Both the position numbers and the translations under genes were made by a program. From Selaginella moellendorffii (lineage: Eukaryota > Plantae > Lycopodiophyta), in contig NW_003314350.1 in the NCBI RefSeq assembly GCF_000143415.4, positions 620,001 through 684,000 of the forward strand: a stretch of 64,000 bases of DNA. The letters are read 5' to 3'. Under the pieces are notes generated by a model. That model worked only from the letters and a program-made list of their open reading frames with translations. It had not been told where the DNA came from and ran no database searches. This document shows, piece after piece, positions 1-13,653 of this stretch. Each line of letters begins with the position of its first letter. The stretch's first letter is position 1.

Positions 1-39
1 GTGTAGGGTTTGCTGGGATAGGAGGCGACCGCCAGACCG

Positions 40-1322
40 ATGCGCGGTGAAGAAATCCCTGAAAGCGAGGAGGATACGCGATCATCGTCTCCTGGAGCTG
101 CTGCTAGTGGCGGGGCGGCGTCATTGCCGTGGTGGGGCGCTCAATCGTCCGCTACTGTCACTCAAAAGGCTGCTTTTGATGGTTGTGCGAGCGGCGGGAG
201 AGTGAACTTCGCCCCAATGCAGCAGCCTCAAGCTCCACACGATGGTCACACTCTTTCTTCTCCAGCCCAGAAGTTACCAGCGCCTTCCTCCGGCACAGGT
301 TTGCTGGAAACTTTCTTTCTTTCTTTCAAAGCAAAACCTTTCATACATTTCTTTCTTTCTCTTCAGCAGCTGTGGATGAGAATGGTGCTACTGCTGTGGC
401 TACTGTCGGTGAAGTAGCGAATGGAATTCCTCCACCGCCGGGAGAGTTTATCATCCGGCCTCCCCAGCTCGAGCTCGGTCACCCAATGGTCTGAAAAACG
501 AAAAGAGCGACAGAAGTTTGATGACCTTTCGTGTTGTGGACTCGTTCCAGGTTCGCGCAGCCTATCCGTATGATCCGTATTACGGTGGACTTGTTGCGGC
601 TTATGGAGCGCAGGGAGTGCCAATGGTAGTGCTCTTTTCAGTAGGGAATTGTCGGTCTCACTCACGCGTTTTGTGTTTCATGTAGATGCATCCTCATGTT
701 CTAGGAATGCAGCACAGTCGAATGCCTTTGCCGTCGGAGATGATGGAAGAAGAGCCCGTGTATGTAAACGCGAAGCAGTATCACGGCATTCTTCGCAGGA
801 GGCAGATACGAGCAAAGGCGGAGCTCGAGAACAAACTCGTGAAGACTAGGAAAGTAAGTTTCTTTTCTTTCCTTTCCTCTCGTGGAACTAGTGTTTCTTC
901 TCTTTTCTCCTGTAGAACTTGACTGAACCAATGTTTTTCCACAGCCATATCTACATGAATCGCGACACCAGCACGCGTTGAGGAGAGCCAGGGGATGCGG
1001 CGGCCGGTTCCTCAACACCAAAGCCAAGGAAGATGGGAAAGGATGCAACGATGTAAATGAGAGAGCTTCGTCAGTGTGCTCGGATAGCTCTGACGCCAAG
1101 TCCAACAGCGCTGGAGCCGGATCGGCGGAAAGCGGTGGAGCTGCCGGGTATCATCACCCTCGAATGATCTCAGCAGCGAATCAAGCAAATGGTTACCACA
1201 GTCTTCATCAAGCTCAGTCGTTCCATCCGTCAGCGTTCCATCCTTTAGCTAGTTGTGATGGTGGTGACAACGGGCAGAGTGGCACCGGCATGGTTTCCAG
1301 CATGGCTGTGGCGACGCAGTAA
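40..1322 (+). CDS. NF-YA: Nuclear factor Y subunit A (CBF-B/HAP2) transcription factor, multi-exon
   Basis: [30 protein letters not shown] (686-851) splices to [26 protein letters not shown] (from 944). An upstream exon encodes [10 protein letters not shown]. Short GT-AG introns. Confidence 0.92.
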
Positions 1323-1615
1323 GATCGCGCCAGCGAGCGAAGATCGTAGGAGAGAAGTTTATGGGGAAGAGCCAATGTTGGGTGAAGTGGTGGATGATGA
1401 TGATGATGATCATGATGATGGAAGAAAAGAGAAGGCTTGCAGTTTTGTTACCAGCAAGCAGTGTAGTAGGAGCAAAAACTCAGTTTGTGCAGTGTTCTCT
1501 TTTGACTTGTCATACTTGATAGTACGGACTGTGATATTCATGAAATATTATAGTACAGTTAAAGATTATGCCTGAAATATTCTAGTACGGATGAAGTTAC
1601 ACTAAAGCCCTAGCT

Positions 1616-1624
1616 AAACCCTAA
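1616..1624 (+). promoter_or_regulatory. Telo-box (AAACCCTAA) upstream of ATR
   Basis: Exact AAACCCTAA about 50 nt before the ATR start codon. Function is inferred from the motif only. Confidence 0.4.
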
Positions 1625-1672
1625 ATTTGGAGGGAAATAGGGGGGAGAGATGAATGTAGGCGGCAAGCGGCT

Positions 1673-4600
1673 ATGGTGGATCTCTCGGCGCTGCTCCAGG
1701 ATCTGGGAGACTGCATCGCCAGCAAGCTCGACTCGTCATCCGAGACGCAGCCGGAGAACGATGATCCGGTAGAGTCGCGCTTCCGGTCGGTGTTGCCTGT
1801 TCTTCTCGACGCGTATTTTCTTCCCGAGAAAGGTATGCGGTCGCGATAGGGGAAGAGAGGCTTATTTCGTGCGCTTGGCAGTGAAAGGACGGGAGATTTT
1901 GGCGATTTTGAAGCTGGTGCGGCACACTGTGGATCATTTTCCCGGTGTTCTCTTCCATGGCAAAGCTCATGCTGTTCTTCCTGTTGTTGCGAGGTTGATT
2001 CCACTTCTTGCCGAGCCCGCTGCGAGGTATAAATTTTTTATTTCTTCGTTTTTTTGTGTATGGAGTAACTTGACACCAAAATGTAATACTTGCAGTGGAT
2101 GCTGCGAGTGTTTGTTTGAGACACTGCGTTCTCTCGTTTCAATTCTTCGCAAGGGAGAATGGGAGGTCTTCCAGTACTTTTTTATCGACGCCTTATTGCT
2201 CGTGGAAGGTATATCAAGTTGCGATTGCTACTATCTATTGAAAATTTAAGCTTGTGTTGCAGATTTGGCATCCGTTGGTTCCTTTTTTTCCCCTCCAACG
2301 AGAGTTACATCTCCTGCAACTATATCGGTGAATTGCTTCCAGGAATCTTTTTCCTGTCTACGAGGAAAAAGAGACGGAGACAGGTTTCTTGCACTTTCGT
2401 GCTGGGAATCCTCGAATGCCCCTGGGCTTTCGATTGACGTTACTGGAAAGGCTCGATGGGAGCCTCTCGCGGTATACGTTATTAAGCTTCTCACACATTT
2501 TTTTACCGAGGACTCGTTTCACGTTCGAGGTCTAGTGACACCGTGCTTCATGTTTGCCATTGGCACAATTATGTGTTATGGCTCTAGCAATCTACACAAG
2601 GTACAAACTTCAAGTTAACTTAGCGAGCGTAATAGTCCTCTTGCGCAGGTTTGCTTTGAAATGTTTGCTGTTGGAACATCTGAACTCGATGCTGATGTTG
2701 TTCCCAGTGAAAAGGCGATTTTGTCAATCTTGGCCGTGCTGTCTCTACCCAGAAATGGAGAACTTCCAGCCTTTAGGTTTGTTCTGTTTTTAAAATGTTT
2801 CTAATACTGAAATGGTGTAAACTTCCAGGACGTCGACTTACGATTCCAGCCTTGGCTCCAGTCTGCTTTCACTTTATTCTAAGAGCGCACCAGATGTTGT
2901 AAAGTGCACGGCTCAAAAGTTTTTGGAATTATTTCCAACTACAATTATGACGTCCGCTAGTCGCGACTTGAAGGTCTGTTTCTATTATTTAGTACAGGAA
3001 GTATTCTTATCGAAAAATTTCAGGTCGCGTTCTGCAACATTTTGTCAATTATTCTCAAGCAATGCCCAATATATTCCAGCTGCGTCCTCTCTTTCACAAC
3101 GATGATTTTTGTTCCCGACATTATGTCTCCGTTCAGCTCCTGTCTCCAAATTGCTATCAATGCGGATGCCGGAAATGCTGAAAATGGTTCCAAAAGACGC
3201 AAGCTACGTGAAGGTGAAGCTTTGACCTGTGGAGTGGAAAACTCGTTTGATCAGATGCATGAAGTTTTTGGTAGGCTGGAGATGGAAAATAAAGGCAGTA
3301 CAATGCCTGTCGAAAGCTTATTAGCAGGCTATTGTGTTCTTGCTCGATCCTTTTGCCGAGCACCAGGAACAGATTACCTGCGACTAGTTTTACAACATTT
3401 TTGTGAATGGCTGATTTTATCCAAGTCGAAGGCAAGTATTTCTATCTCCCGGTCCTTTTTCTTCTATCACTAATGCGTTTCTTACAGGAGCTGATAACGA
3501 AACTTACAAAGTTTCAGCTGTCTATCATTCTTGAAGCAGTTGAGGGTCTGATTTTTCATCCTGGTAATGAGGTTCTCTATTCAGCTGCATTTCCTGCTGA
3601 CTCTTATCCACAGACTCAGAAATTCCGGAATTGGTGTTTTGCCGAGTTAAAGAAGTAGTTGGGCGTGTTCTGGAGATGCCTTGGTTTAGATTTACGGCTT
3701 CTCAAGGAGATAGTATTTGGAAGGCAAAACTACACGTGATGACGATTCTTTCCAAGATGAAAGAGCCTGAAAGGTTCAATGCTGATCATCTACTTCGTCT
3801 TGGATTGAGAGACGAGGACATGCGTGTCCGATCGGCAGCAGTGACGTGCATTCCGTTGCTGGTCGCCCATTCGTCTATGAGCTGGTTAAAGCTCTCTGAA
3901 CTTCTAAGGTAAACATTTCGTTTGAGATGCTTCTTTACTTATGATTTTATGCAGGGGTATGGACGAGGACAATGAGCAAGTTCAAGAAGCGCTATGCTCA
4001 ACTATTGGAAAGCTGTTCTGTGTCGCCGCTGCAAACCTTGTCCCAACGTCAGACATGCAGCAACTCTCGTGCAATATCTGTGACAACGGCATTGCCTCTG
4101 CAAGTGCGGTGCTTAAAGACTTGGAGTATCCATATTGGAAAACCGTTGTACTGACGCTGCTTCTGACGAATCGGTCCTATCGGGTGCAAAGTGCTGTCGT
4201 ACGAAACCTTTCTCGTCTCCTTGCACACAGTTTTGAAGTAGACGCGAGGGACATATGGGTGAAGTGTCTAGATGTTTTTCCACTGCATCCTGATCGTTCC
4301 GCGCGGAAAGCATTTTGCTCTCAACTCAGAGGCTTGCTGACTCAGGAACATATATGGTACTGCACAGTTGGCCACAAGTCCGGGGACTACGAAATACTTA
4401 AGAAGCTGGGAGATGCCTTGGCTATAGCGACAGATCCAGACGTGTTAGAGACTCTTATGGAAACCGTCGCAGAAGTTGGGAAGGTGGCAAAGGGTGATGA
4501 TCTACGGGTGTCTGCTACTATCCTTCTTATAGAACAGCTCGACAAAAGTGAAGTTTCTGCAAGGGCCGTGAGCGTGAGACTCATATGCGAGATAGCAGCT

Positions 4601-7600
4601 GCTCAGTGGCCATCCGATAGTAACAGATGCGTGGAAAGGATGGTCGATAGCTCGAGCGAGATATTGTTCGAGTTTTTTTTGAAGAACCTTGTTCTTCGTC
4701 CATTCCTCGTCAAAGAATTTGCCGAAGCGGTGATGAAGATTTCTACGGGCGACTTACTGAGAAAAATGATACCTTACGTGCTTCCGAAGCTTATACTGGA
4801 TCAACAGCACGACGAAAGAGCTCCTCAAACGCTTAATGCTCTAGCGCATCTGTTACAGACAAGTTTGCCGCTGGTGTTACTCGAATGGTGCCACAAGGTT
4901 TTGTCCGTGCTCTTACTTCGAGCGGACGGAAGGGAGCTGATGGCTGCATTGCATTTCTACGAAGCACAGACGGGATCAGATGCTCGTGAGATATTTGCAG
5001 CTGTCTTGCCTGCGTTACTTGACGAACTAGTTTGGTTTCTTGGGGACACGAGTAACGATGAAGCCGTTAAAAGGTAACATTTCACAAGTTTCTTATTTTC
5101 CTCCTCTAAAACTGAACTGCAGGTCTGCAAGAGTTGGTCCCATGATTCAAGAAGTTGCCCGTATTATATCCGGATCCGATGATCTACCGAGTTTCTTAAG
5201 GCAACATTTTGTACGCCTCTTGAACAACATTGATCGGAAACTCTTACGTTCGGAAGACGTCCAAATGCAAAAGCAGGCTCTCAGGTGCATCGAGCGTTTG
5301 TTAGAGATGATCGGTTCTCATCTCAGTGCTTTTATTCCTAAGATCATGGCTTTACTCTCTCAGCCGCAAGACTTACAGTATGAGAGCCTTAGCGTTTGGC
5401 TTTCATTTGTCAAAAGACTCGCTCAAGTTTCCCCAGCAAACCTGAAGACTGTCGCAAGCCAAATCGTCGTGGCGCTGATGCCGTGCCTTGAATCTGAACA
5501 GTCATCAACTATCGATGCGGCAGTACAAATTTTGGAGGAGCTGATACTCAAGAACAGGAGGTTGCTGGGGGACCAGATAAAAGAACTGCCGTTACTTCCC
5601 AGCCTGGAGCCTTTGGCAGCTGTGAACGCCGTCTTGAACGAAGTGCGTGGATTCTTAAGTTTACGAGATCAACTCTTACGAGCAGGCGAAGGTTTGAACC
5701 ATGAGAGCCTATCTTTGAGGCTCGTCACCGCAACTGAGCTGCTCAAGTTACTGTCCAGTAAAAGGAACGATATCACTGCACTCGTTCTTCGGGAGACACC
5801 GGCGGATGCAGACGCAGTGAGCAGCCTCGTGACTCGGTTACTGCGTGGTTGCTCGGAGGAATCACGGACATCAGCGGGACAGAAATTCAAGCTGGCCTGT
5901 GCCGAGTGCTTGGGTGGTCTCGGTGCTATTGATCCCGTCAAGCTACAAATAAGCCTACGACATCGTTCGAGCATGCAGCACACGGAAGAGGATCTCGTGT
6001 TCCAGTTGATAAACCAGCACTTGACCAGAGTTCTCCGAGCAGCATCCGATACCGACGTGCAAGATGCAGCAGCTTTAGCTATCCAAGAGCTTCTCAAGCT
6101 CACAGGCTGCCATGAAGCTCGAGGTGTCTCAAGACCACCATCGAGTTCGAGTAAGCCGACTCAAAAGAGCAAGCTACAGCTTGGGGACAGGTTGTGGAGC
6201 AGGTTCTCCGATGCCGTCAAAGAGATCATCAGTCCTTGCTTAACGTCGAAGTACCTGCTCAAAGTTTCTGGAGCTCCGATGCCTTCCGGGCCCATTTTTC
6301 GTCAAGGGATACTGTTCAGGAGGTGGATGTATCTGTGGTGTCGAAGGCTGCTCTCGCAAGTAACCGGTCAGATGGCATCGATTCTCGGTGCTTGTAGAGG
6401 TGTGGTAAGACACGACATGGATACGGCACTATATATACTCCCGTATCTCATACTGGACATAGTCTGCCACGGGTGTCAGGAGGCGCGCACAGGTGTTACG
6501 GACGAAATTCTAGCAGTCTTGGCTGAAGCTGGCACTGGAAACGACGGGCAGCCGGGGCAGCCAGTTTATCTTAACAATGCATTCTGCGGGTCGGGTGGCG
6601 AAGTTAGCATGCAGACCGTTTTTATGCTGCTAGATAATCTGGGACAGTGGGTGGACGACTCCAAAGCGCTAACAAGCAAGGGATCACGCTCGACACAAGC
6701 GAAGGAACTGTCCGCAAAGCTTTTAGTGCAGTGCGAGCAAGTTGGACAGTTGCTGGCTTCTATACCGAAGCAGAGTCTGGCATCGGCTTCTTTTCGTTGT
6801 CGTGCCTACGCTCGAGCGCTACTTTACTACGAGTCTTACGTTCGCGAGAAGTCTGGAGCTCTTAATCCGGCTGCTCTTGTGAGTGGCACATTCAAAGACG
6901 AAGACGTCGGTTTCCTTTTGAAGATTTACGGTGGTCTGGACGAGCCCGACGGGCTGTTGGGAATAGCTCGCTTGCAAAAGCGTGCAAGTCTGGAGGATCA
7001 AGTGCTTATCAACAAGATATCTGGGAACTGGGCCGAGGCATTGACGTTTTGCGAGCAAGCTTTGGAGCTGGAGCCAAAGAGCTTATACTGGCAATCCGGG
7101 ATCTTAGACTGCCTCGTGAACATGGGACATTTCCAGGCGATGGTAACTCATGTTGATGGACTGCTGGCTCGCTTGCGAGATTCAAGAAGAGAGTGGTACA
7201 TGCGTGGCGTTCAAGCTGCTTGGCGGCTCGGACAGTGGGACTTGATCAATGAGTACGTTCATGGCTCTGAACTAGAGGCAGGAAGTACTGAAAGTGATTC
7301 GGCATTCGATCTTAGCTTGGCCAAGGTACTGCAAGCACTTCGCTCCAAGGATCAGGTGAAGTTCCAAGAGCAGCTTACGCATGCAAGGCTTGCTTTGCTT
7401 GCACCGCTCGCGGCCGCCAGTATGGAGTCGTACGTCCGGGCGTATCCTGTGATCGTAAAGCTACACATGCTGCGGGAGCTCGAAGATTTCTTCTCGTTGG
7501 CTGACAAAGGTGGCGACAACAAAGACCAACTGTTTGAGAACTGGAACGGACGTTTGAAGATGACGCTGCCTTCGCTCTCGACAAGGGAACCTATACTGGC

Positions 7601-10116
7601 ACTTCGGAGACTGCTGTTCTCCGTCTGTGACTTGCAGTCCGAAATGGGAGGCTGCTGGCTGCAGTATGCAAAGCTTTGCAGGACTTCCGGCCATTACGAG
7701 ACTGCAAACCGGGCCATACTTCAGGCACAAGCTGCTGGTGCTCCGAATGCACACAGGGAAAGAGCCAAGCTTTTCTGGGATATGAAGAAAACGCATCGCG
7801 CAATTGATGAGCTACAACAAGTTTTGGTGAACGTACCTCTGAGTGTTCTTGGAACCGCCAGCGGTGCTGCTCTTTCAGGACTTGTCCTTAACACCTCGCA
7901 GACGGAGTCAGCATTAGAGTTGACAGTCGAAGAACAGGTATGCAACGATGCAGCAAAAACTTTGCTTCTCTTGGGAAGATGGGCCCATTGTACAGGGCAG
8001 AAACAAAAGGAGGATGTGATCAGCATCTACACCAGAGTGAAAGACTTGCAGCCAATGTGGGAGAAGGGATACTTCTACATGGCAAGGTACTACGACGATT
8101 TGCTAGTGGATGCCAGGAAAAGGCAGGAGGAAAACAAAGAGCACAGAAGTAACACAACGAAGCGGGGCAGTAATGCTGACGACAAGCCATGGTGGACTTA
8201 TCTCCCCGATACGGTTCTTTGTTACGCGAAGACGCTGCACAGAAGTCACCACCATTTGTTCCAAGCCTTGCCTCGCTTGCTGACGTTGTGGTTCGAGTTT
8301 GGAAGTGCGTATCGCAGTGAAAGTCTTGGTTCAAACAAGATCGTAAAGGCCGCGCATGTCAGGGTAAGCTTTTCATCGTTCTTCGAGAAATTTCTAAAGT
8401 GTGGTTTTTGAAGGTGATGGCTATAATGAGAGGTTGTTTGCAAGAACTTCCGTCATATCAGTGGCTTGCTTCTCTTCCCCAGCTAGTCTCAAGGATCTGT
8501 CATGACAATGAGGAAGTGGTCAGGCTGGTGAAGCAAATCATCCAAAGTGTTTTGCAAGCTTATCCTCAGCAAGCCTTGTGGACGATGGCTGCTGTTTCGA
8601 AGTCAGATATTCCTGAGAGGCGCAGTGCAGCTACAGAGATAATTCAAGCGGCAAAGTTTTCAACTCGCAACGATGACGAGAGAGCGACGTTTGTTCAATT
8701 TGCTACTTTCATCGAGCATATGGTCCGACTATGCTTCGCCCCCGGTGCAAGTGAAAAAGCTCGGTCTCTAACCCTGTCCACAAGCGACTTCAGCTCTCTC
8801 AAGAGAATGATGCCCCTCCAGGTAATTATGCCAGTCCAGCGAGCTCTTGCTGTAACTTTGCCCGCTGATGGCCTTTCAAACTCGAGCTACAATCCTTTCC
8901 CGTCTGGCGACTGCTCTACGATATTTGCTATTCGGGACGACGTCGAGATACTGGTATCGTTGCAGCGGCCCAAAAAGGTATGCGTGGCAGAAGTTTTTCA
9001 AACTACAAGCATCTAAATCGTTCTGTCAGGTTGTGCTTGTTGCAAGCGACGGGACAGAACATCCGTTTCTCTGCAAACCCAAGGATGACTTGCGTAAAGA
9101 CGCTCGAATGATGGAGTTTACAGGCATGATCAACCGTCTGCTTTCTAAAGACCCCAGCAGCAGGCGGCGGAAGCTTTACATTCGGACGTTCGCAGTAATA
9201 CCACTGACAGAAGACTGTGGAATGGTGGAATGGGTGTCACATACGAGAGGCCTACGACACATTCTACAGGACTTATACGTTTCGGCCGGCATGTTTACCA
9301 AGGAGACCAACCCGACCATCAAACGCATTTACGAGGACAACAAAGATAAGAAGATCTCCGCCACCGAGCTAATGCGTGACAAGATACTACCGATGTTTCC
9401 TCCAGTTTTTCACAAGTGGTTTCTCAACACGTTTCCGGAGCCAACGGCTTGGTTCCAATCGAGGCTGGCTTATGCTCACACTACAGCAGTGTGGTCAATG
9501 GTGGGACATATCGTGGGGCTTGGGGATAGACACGGTGAAAACATTCTTTACGACTCTACGACGGGTGACTGCGTTCACGTGGATTTTAGCTGCCTTTTCG
9601 ACAAGGGGTTGCAGCTCGAGAAGCCAGAACTTGTTCCTTTCCGTCTCACACAGGTGCGTTAACATTTCTCCGTCCGTTTTTTTTCTGAAGCTCTGCAACT
9701 TGCAGAACATGGTCGACGGCCTCGGTATAACAGGCTATGAAGGTGTGTTTTTGCGAACTTGCGAAATCACCTTGTCTGTTCTTAGAGCCAACCGAGAGAC
9801 GCTCATGAGCGTTCTAGAGACGTTTATCCACGATCCTCTAGTGGAGTGGACGAAGTCTCACAAGTCGAGTGCAACGGAAGTCCAAAATCCTCATGCTCAG
9901 GTGACTGGTCACTTTGGCTTATGTATTGGAACTGACTGGGCTTTCCAGCGAGCGCTTGCAAACATCGAGGCTCGTTTGCAAGGAGTGGTCGTAGGTGTTG
10001 CTGCAGCTCCGTCTTTACCACTCTCGGTAGAAGGCCAAGCTCATCGTTTGATTCAGGAGGCCGTGTCTCACGAAAACCTGGGACATATGTATGTCTGGTG
10101 GATGCCGTGGTTTTAG
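1673..10116 (+). CDS. ATR: Serine/threonine-protein kinase ATR (PIKK family), multi-exon
   Basis: N-terminus MVDLSALLQDL, HEAT/UME and FAT regions, kinase motifs KPKDDLRKDARMMEF, GLGDRHGENIL and HVDFSCLFDKG, and FATC end HMYVWWMPWF. ORF pieces join across small GT-AG introns. Confidence 0.96.
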
Positions 10117-10582
10117 CACGGCTTGAGGTGCGTAAAATGTGCGTGAAATTTGGTTCTTTATGCTCACTAATTGTTCTTGGATGCAGCAAGCGGATTTATT
10201 TTAGATATATATGAATTTGAGTTTCTTGAAGTTCGATAATCGTGACTTGGGCCACACTCCAAAAGCTTAAAACAAGTACGTGCATCTATCATTTTAGTGC
10301 AGGAGAATTAGTAGTAATTATGACGTATTGTTGCTGTCAACAAGTCGTAGTCTTGAGCATGCCACTAAAATAGTGATCGCTCACGGAATTGTGAAATATA
10401 ACTGTACAGGTTTTGAGTGCGGCCTGTTATGAAGTTCCAGCATTAGCTCTTCACTCTAGATGATGGCGATGGTGATGCCATTCTCTGATGATCCCCACTC
10501 CACTTGCGGAAATTAATCTATCTACAACAACATCGATCGTCTATATAACTCAAGGCCGAGCAGAACCTTAGAGTAAGCAGCC

Positions 10583-11636
10583 ATGGCTGGTCTTGTCATT
10601 TTTTCTTTGCTAATCTCTGTGGTCTCATACTGCAGCAATGCGAAACTCAGTGACAACGTCGACATTACCTGGTCTGCAGATCATGTTGATAGAGCAAATG
10701 AAGGGACTGAGCTCCTACTCAAGCTTGACAATTCATCTGGTATGTAACTCTCTCAACTGGACTTTCTCCATGCTGAGGCTTTGCTTTTGAACAGGGTCCG
10801 GCTTCAAATCCAAGGAGCAGTACATGTTTGGAACCATCAGCATGGAGATCAAACTCGTGCCTGGCGAATCTGCTGGTACTGTGACGTCCTTCTATGTAAG
10901 AAGCACCTCCGCTTTCGTCGACACTAGATCTAAAATCTTCTTTTGCTCAGTTGCAAACGGACTCCACCCCCAGTATTGGACCAGACTACTACGAGTACGA
11001 CTTCGAGTTCCTTGGAAACGTGTCCGGGGAGCCTTACATCGTCCAGACGAATGTTTACGCCGGAGGCAAAGGTGGCCGAGAGCAGCGCATTTACTTGTGG
11101 TTTGATCCCACGGTGGACTTCCACACATACACCATGTCCTGGACCAAGCAACACACAGTGTAAGCTGCTAGTTCTTCTCTCCAGACTCTGGATCCCGGCT
11201 TACAATTCGATCCCGTTTCAGGTTTTTGGTGGATTCGACTCCCGTGAGAGTTTTCAAGAACAATGAAGAGAATGGCATTCCTTACCCCTCCAAGAATCCC
11301 ATGACGATGCGCTCTAGCCTGTGGAGTGGGGAAGATTGGGCTACGCGAGGTGGGCTCGTGAAAACCAACTGGAACCACGCTCCCTTCATCGCTTCCTTCC
11401 GGAACTTCATTGCCGATGCCTGTGTTGTCTCTCAGGGTCAGGGTCAGGGTGGCGATGATTCCTCGTGCTCTAAATTTCTGCCAAGTTCTTCTGCAAGCTC
11501 CTTTAGCTCTGCCAAAATGGAAGGCAACCTTGGATCCGAAAAGTTAGGCTGGGTGAGGAAGAATTACATGATTTACGATTATTGCACTGATGCTCTCCGA
11601 TATCCATCACCTCCACCTGAGTGTTTTCTCATTTAA
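10583..11636 (+). CDS. XTH: Xyloglucan endotransglucosylase/hydrolase (GH16), 4 exons
   Basis: Signal peptide, [15 protein letters not shown], catalytic [33 protein letters not shown] and the C-terminal MIYDYCTD...PPEC. TATATAA at about 10542. Confidence 0.95.
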
Positions 11637-11733
11637 TTGTAGTGATCTTAAAGTGTCTTCTCATTTGATTGTAAAGAACTTCAAGTGATCTTAAAATTGT
11701 GGATCATTTTTCTTATATATTTTACATTGGTGT

Positions 11734-13214
11734 TTACATTTTGGAGTAATATTTATCATTTGTTACAAGGTTTATGATTTTGTTGAAGGCTTTATCGTTT
11801 AGTGAAACTTCAGCAAGCAGTTTCCATGCATATTCTTGGGTGACATTTTCGAAATCTTGCTTGCGTTTGAGAACTATGTGACCGCTTATCTCCCAAACAG
11901 CAGGGTTGACTTGTGTTTCCAAAATTTCGGCCTCAACTTCACCACGAACTTGTCTCTCGGCAAAACACTAGAAGAAAAATAAATTAGCAATAAAAATCAC
12001 TAGAAACCATGTAAAACTACCATGAGTTACCTGTGGGAATAAGTAAATTTGTGATCCCTTATCAGCAATAAGAACATTGTATGGAATATTTTGTTCTTCA
12101 AGAGTATTGCATATTGTAACAATTTGATATGATAATTCTTGAAAATTACTTGATCCAAGCTCATAAATAATGCCTTTCACAGGATAATTTTCCAATTTGT
12201 AAATATTAAAACCCTTCACATGATTAACAAGTAGCTTTTTCGATGCCTTCTCTACTGGAAATATATATTCCAAATAATAAGCCTATTATCAAGAAAAAAT
12301 TAGCTTACAGTAATAAATATAAAAATATTATTCTTTCACATACCTGAAAATGGAGATGGTTGATTGTAGCAAATGCTCCCAAACTATTAAATCCAAGTCT
12401 AAAGTATATATTATTTGCTTGTTTAGCCATTTGAAGAGCTATAATAAATGTGTTTACTTCTAAACGTTGTGGGAGACAATCAAGTAACCTTGGAATCAAT
12501 AATATATGTCCAAATTCTATTGGACTCACCTGTTAAAAAAATTGTTAATAATTATATATTAAAAAGGAAAGAAATTAAATCACTCACATTAATAATCACC
12601 ATATTTGAGCTAGTTGCCAATGATGAATTTTCTGGATCAAAAGAGAAGAGAATTTCTTCTTGGCCAACTTTAGTAAAGTTGAATTTACTGGGATCAAAAT
12701 CTTGCAAAACTTGATCCATTTTAAACTCAGTGGGACGCTTTTTTGAATGCCTGCCCTCGTTGAGTTGGGCAATAAAACCACAATCTCCCGAAAGAATCTA
12801 TTCAATCAAATATTAATTCTTTTATTTGCGAATAACAAAAAATTTCTACCTTTGTCTCGCATGAGGTAACATCGTAGCGGAAGAGTCCCAGTTTTTGCTT
12901 CTCCATCCACTGACCAGAGATTGAGTTAGAAAGTTATACATACTAATCTAAGAGAACAACATACCGGAGCAAGAATAAATGAGTGTAGGAAGTCTATAGT
13001 TTCTCCCTTGGTATCCATACACTGTGCCTCACCATACAAGTAAAGAGGCACTCGCGCTCCTACAATCGAAAAAATAAAAGGGTTAACCATTAGCAAAAAA
13101 CATAGAAGAAATAAAAAACTTACCAGGAAAGCAACATGGTCCCAAGCAATTTCTCCCACAACCATGGTTAGTTTCTGAGCGATCATTAGAAACAATGGCT
13201 GCCTCAAATCCCAT
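11734..13214 (-). CDS. VTC2: GDP-L-galactose phosphorylase (VTC2/VTC5-like), 7 exons
   Basis: ATG at 13214 gives MGFEAAIVSND...GCGRNCLGPCC. Then GLFRYDVTSCETK, AQLNEGRHSKKRPTEF, VSPIEFGHILLIP, the HIT-like GFNSLGAFATINHLHFQ and QVNPAVWEISGH. Confidence 0.93.
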
Positions 13215-13653
13215 CTCGAAGAAGCTAAAATACGAAGAAGCTCAAGAGCCACAAATTAACGCTAAAACCCTTAGGGCAATCTTTACTGTTATATATAACG
13301 ATTCCTAAAAGGATTGCTACTCCCTTTAGTATCTTTTCAACGCATGCAAGAGTTTGAACTGCACCGTTGGATGATGCTGCGATCCGACGGTCCCAGAGCT
13401 AAAGGCGGAACGTGCCATGTGTAGGAGCCCTAAAATGGACTGGGCAATGGGCGCGAGCGTGTTGCGCAGCCACTGTTGTCTTTGCCGGGTCGTGTATCGG
13501 CGGCGATCGAGAGATTCATCTGATCCAGGGTCCAGGTTTGTGGCGCGATCGATCGATCACATCTCAGGGAAAGATTTCAGGGGAATGCTATGACTGTGAT
13601 GGATCAGGGAGAAATCCGGGTGTTCTTGCGGTAGCGAGCTGGAAATATCGGTC

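Noticed and set aside
1323-1600. miR169 target site in the NF-YA 3' UTR
   Set aside because: No recognisable complementary site was seen.
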